Part shown: positions 30,468 through 32,000 of the stretch, one piece after another
How positions within the stretch are numbered: the stretch's first letter is position 1
Layout: every line of letters begins with the position of its first letter
DNA from: Wallemia ichthyophaga EXF-994
Lineage: Eukaryota > Fungi > Basidiomycota
Direction of reading: 5' to 3'
Length of the DNA stretch: 32,000 nt
NCBI RefSeq assembly: GCF_000400465.1
Contig: NW_008806288.1
Coordinates: 237,603-269,602 of the forward strand
Translations under genes and position numbers: made by a program
Notes under the pieces: generated by a model
Seen by the model: the letters and a program-made list of their open reading frames with translations, nothing else
The model's database searches: none
What the model was told of the DNA's origin: nothing

Positions 30468-32000
30468 ATGATCTCCGCTGCAAAGCAGAAAAAGAGAGCC
30501 AAAGCGAATCACGCGAGGAAGATTGACACACAACTCCCTTCTGCGATTAATGTTGAGGATCACGTCAAGGTGCGTCTCCCGTCTTGAGATAAGCTCAACT
30601 CAACAGTCCCCACACAGGCCAGGCAATTCGAGATAAAAGCCCTCTTCAAAGCCATGGATAGCGCCAAATCTGCTTCCTCTACTAGAGCCTTCCAATCCCT
30701 TCCACGTCATCTCAGACGCAGGGCTGCCTCTCACAACCCCATGCGCGTCCCTCTCCGTCTCCGCGAGAAAGCGCTCGCTGAGCTATCAGCACCAGGTGAT
30801 GTCTCCAAATTGCGCAGGAAGAGGAGGAAGCTGTTGCGCACCCGTATGAAGAAGCAGCAGAGTTCTGCATCCCGCACAGCTACCCTGCGTAAACGTCAAA
30901 CAAACAAATCTTGGCTAGAAACTCACATTTGGCACGCAAAGAGGATGAAAATGGCCAATCTCTGGGGATACAGAGTGGCTAGACATCCCACCGAAAAGTC
31001 GTTCAGGCCGTCCATGAGAGCGGCGAGACAGGGTTGTATTGTCCACGACGCCTCCTACACCTCTCTCATTCAGCTCAGTGCAAATCAGGATGACATTCTC
31101 CGCGTACTCACCGCTGTCCTCGATAGAGCTGGTGAATCTCCGTCTTCTAGGAGGTATATCTTTGGTACACGTGAAATGCGCAGCTACATCTACCAACTCA
31201 ATGCATACCCATCCGCTATCATAGCCCCTATCTCCCTCATCTGGCATCCTGCCGATGGCGTGCGCGATAAGAGGAGCGTCTGGCTGCGTTGCCATCCGTC
31301 TGCATCTGCCAAAGTGCTTGAGACACTTCAAATTGCTGCTAGGGGTGGTGCAGGTGATGCAGAGATGTGCGGCGATGCTGAAGGCGCTACATCACCTTAC
31401 CCCTCTGCTGTTACCATTCTCAACCTCACAGGCCACGTCAATACTTTTGACCTGTACGGCCCCCATTCCAGCCAAGTGCTCGCAGGTGCGTTCAAACTGG
31501 CCAAGGAGAATGGCAGGGCGGAGAGGATAGCATGGCAAAAATTGGCCAAGGCAGCCACGCCGGCACATTTGCCCACGGGCTTCGTAGCTGGATTCACCGT
31601 AGATGATCCGCGTCTGAGGTGTGTACAGAGAGTGTGGCATGTATAGCAACCCTATTAACAACTCACATTTATCAGCTTCCCACCACGCAACACCAAACCG
31701 CAGAAGGACAAACCAATTGGCGTCCCGCTAACGCTGAGCACCACACTGGCCTCGTCGGGCATATATGACGCCGAAGAACGGCGAAGAGTGTTCAAACCGC
31801 GTTACAAAAAATCTCAGCTGGACAGTCGGCGCAGTGTGACGGCACCTGGCAAACCACTCGCGATGACAGCCGACGACGACACACTGCCCATACTTATCGT
31901 GCAAAAAACCATCGAGGGAGGACTAAAAGATAGCATTTGCGGTTACTCCCTTATCGTCCCGGCGGGATGGGGCATGCAGGTGTGGCCGTCGCTCACGCAC
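30468..32000 (+). CDS. POP1: RNase P/MRP subunit Pop1, 5' part; continues past the window end
   Basis: ARQFEIKAL, RAFQSLPRHLRRRAASHN, WLETHIWHAKRMKM, HDASY, DDPRLSFPPR and PAGWGMQVWPSL. Introns 30570-30617 and 31619-31675. Confidence 0.95.

Noticed and set aside
1-32000. CRISPR arrays, transposons, rRNA or tRNA genes, secondary-metabolite cluster
   Set aside because: No repeat-spacer array, transposase/RT motifs, terminal repeats, rRNA/tRNA structure or PKS/NRPS signatures were seen. The acyl-CoA synthetase is a housekeeping FACS.

Overview
Gene-dense fungal nuclear DNA with short introns (mostly about 42-57 nt) and very small intergenic gaps. It looks like a compact basidiomycete such as Wallemia; that is an inference, no search was run. 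I can build about 19 protein-coding genes by hand-splicing: TAF2 (runs off the left edge), a Sas4-domain protein, Mag2/RNF10 RING ligase, a small coiled-coil protein, Ssp120, long-chain acyl-CoA synthetase, a GNAT-Mss4 fusion, a tandem-DH Rom-type RhoGEF, UDP-glucose 4-epimerase, a single-pass membrane protein, Elp5, a short Kar5-like protein, a velvet regulator, mitochondrial uL2, a hypothetical protein, Tam41, a G-patch protein, a SCOC/Slo1-like protein and POP1 (runs off the right edge). TAF2 and the SCOC-like gene are missing from the supplied ORF track. The most notable signals are four. (1) The first TAF2 intron appears to be an AT-AC intron (ATAAGT...CTAAC...AC) with U2-type signals, in a lineage thought to lack the minor spliceosome. 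(2) An apparently non-coding spliced locus at about 6.9-7.3 kb carries a box C/D snoRNA-like element in an oversized intron. (3) Divergent and tandem genes have start/stop codons only 11-54 nt apart. (4) Splice donors are strongly GTGNGT rather than GTAAGT. Family assignments come from recognising motifs from memory.
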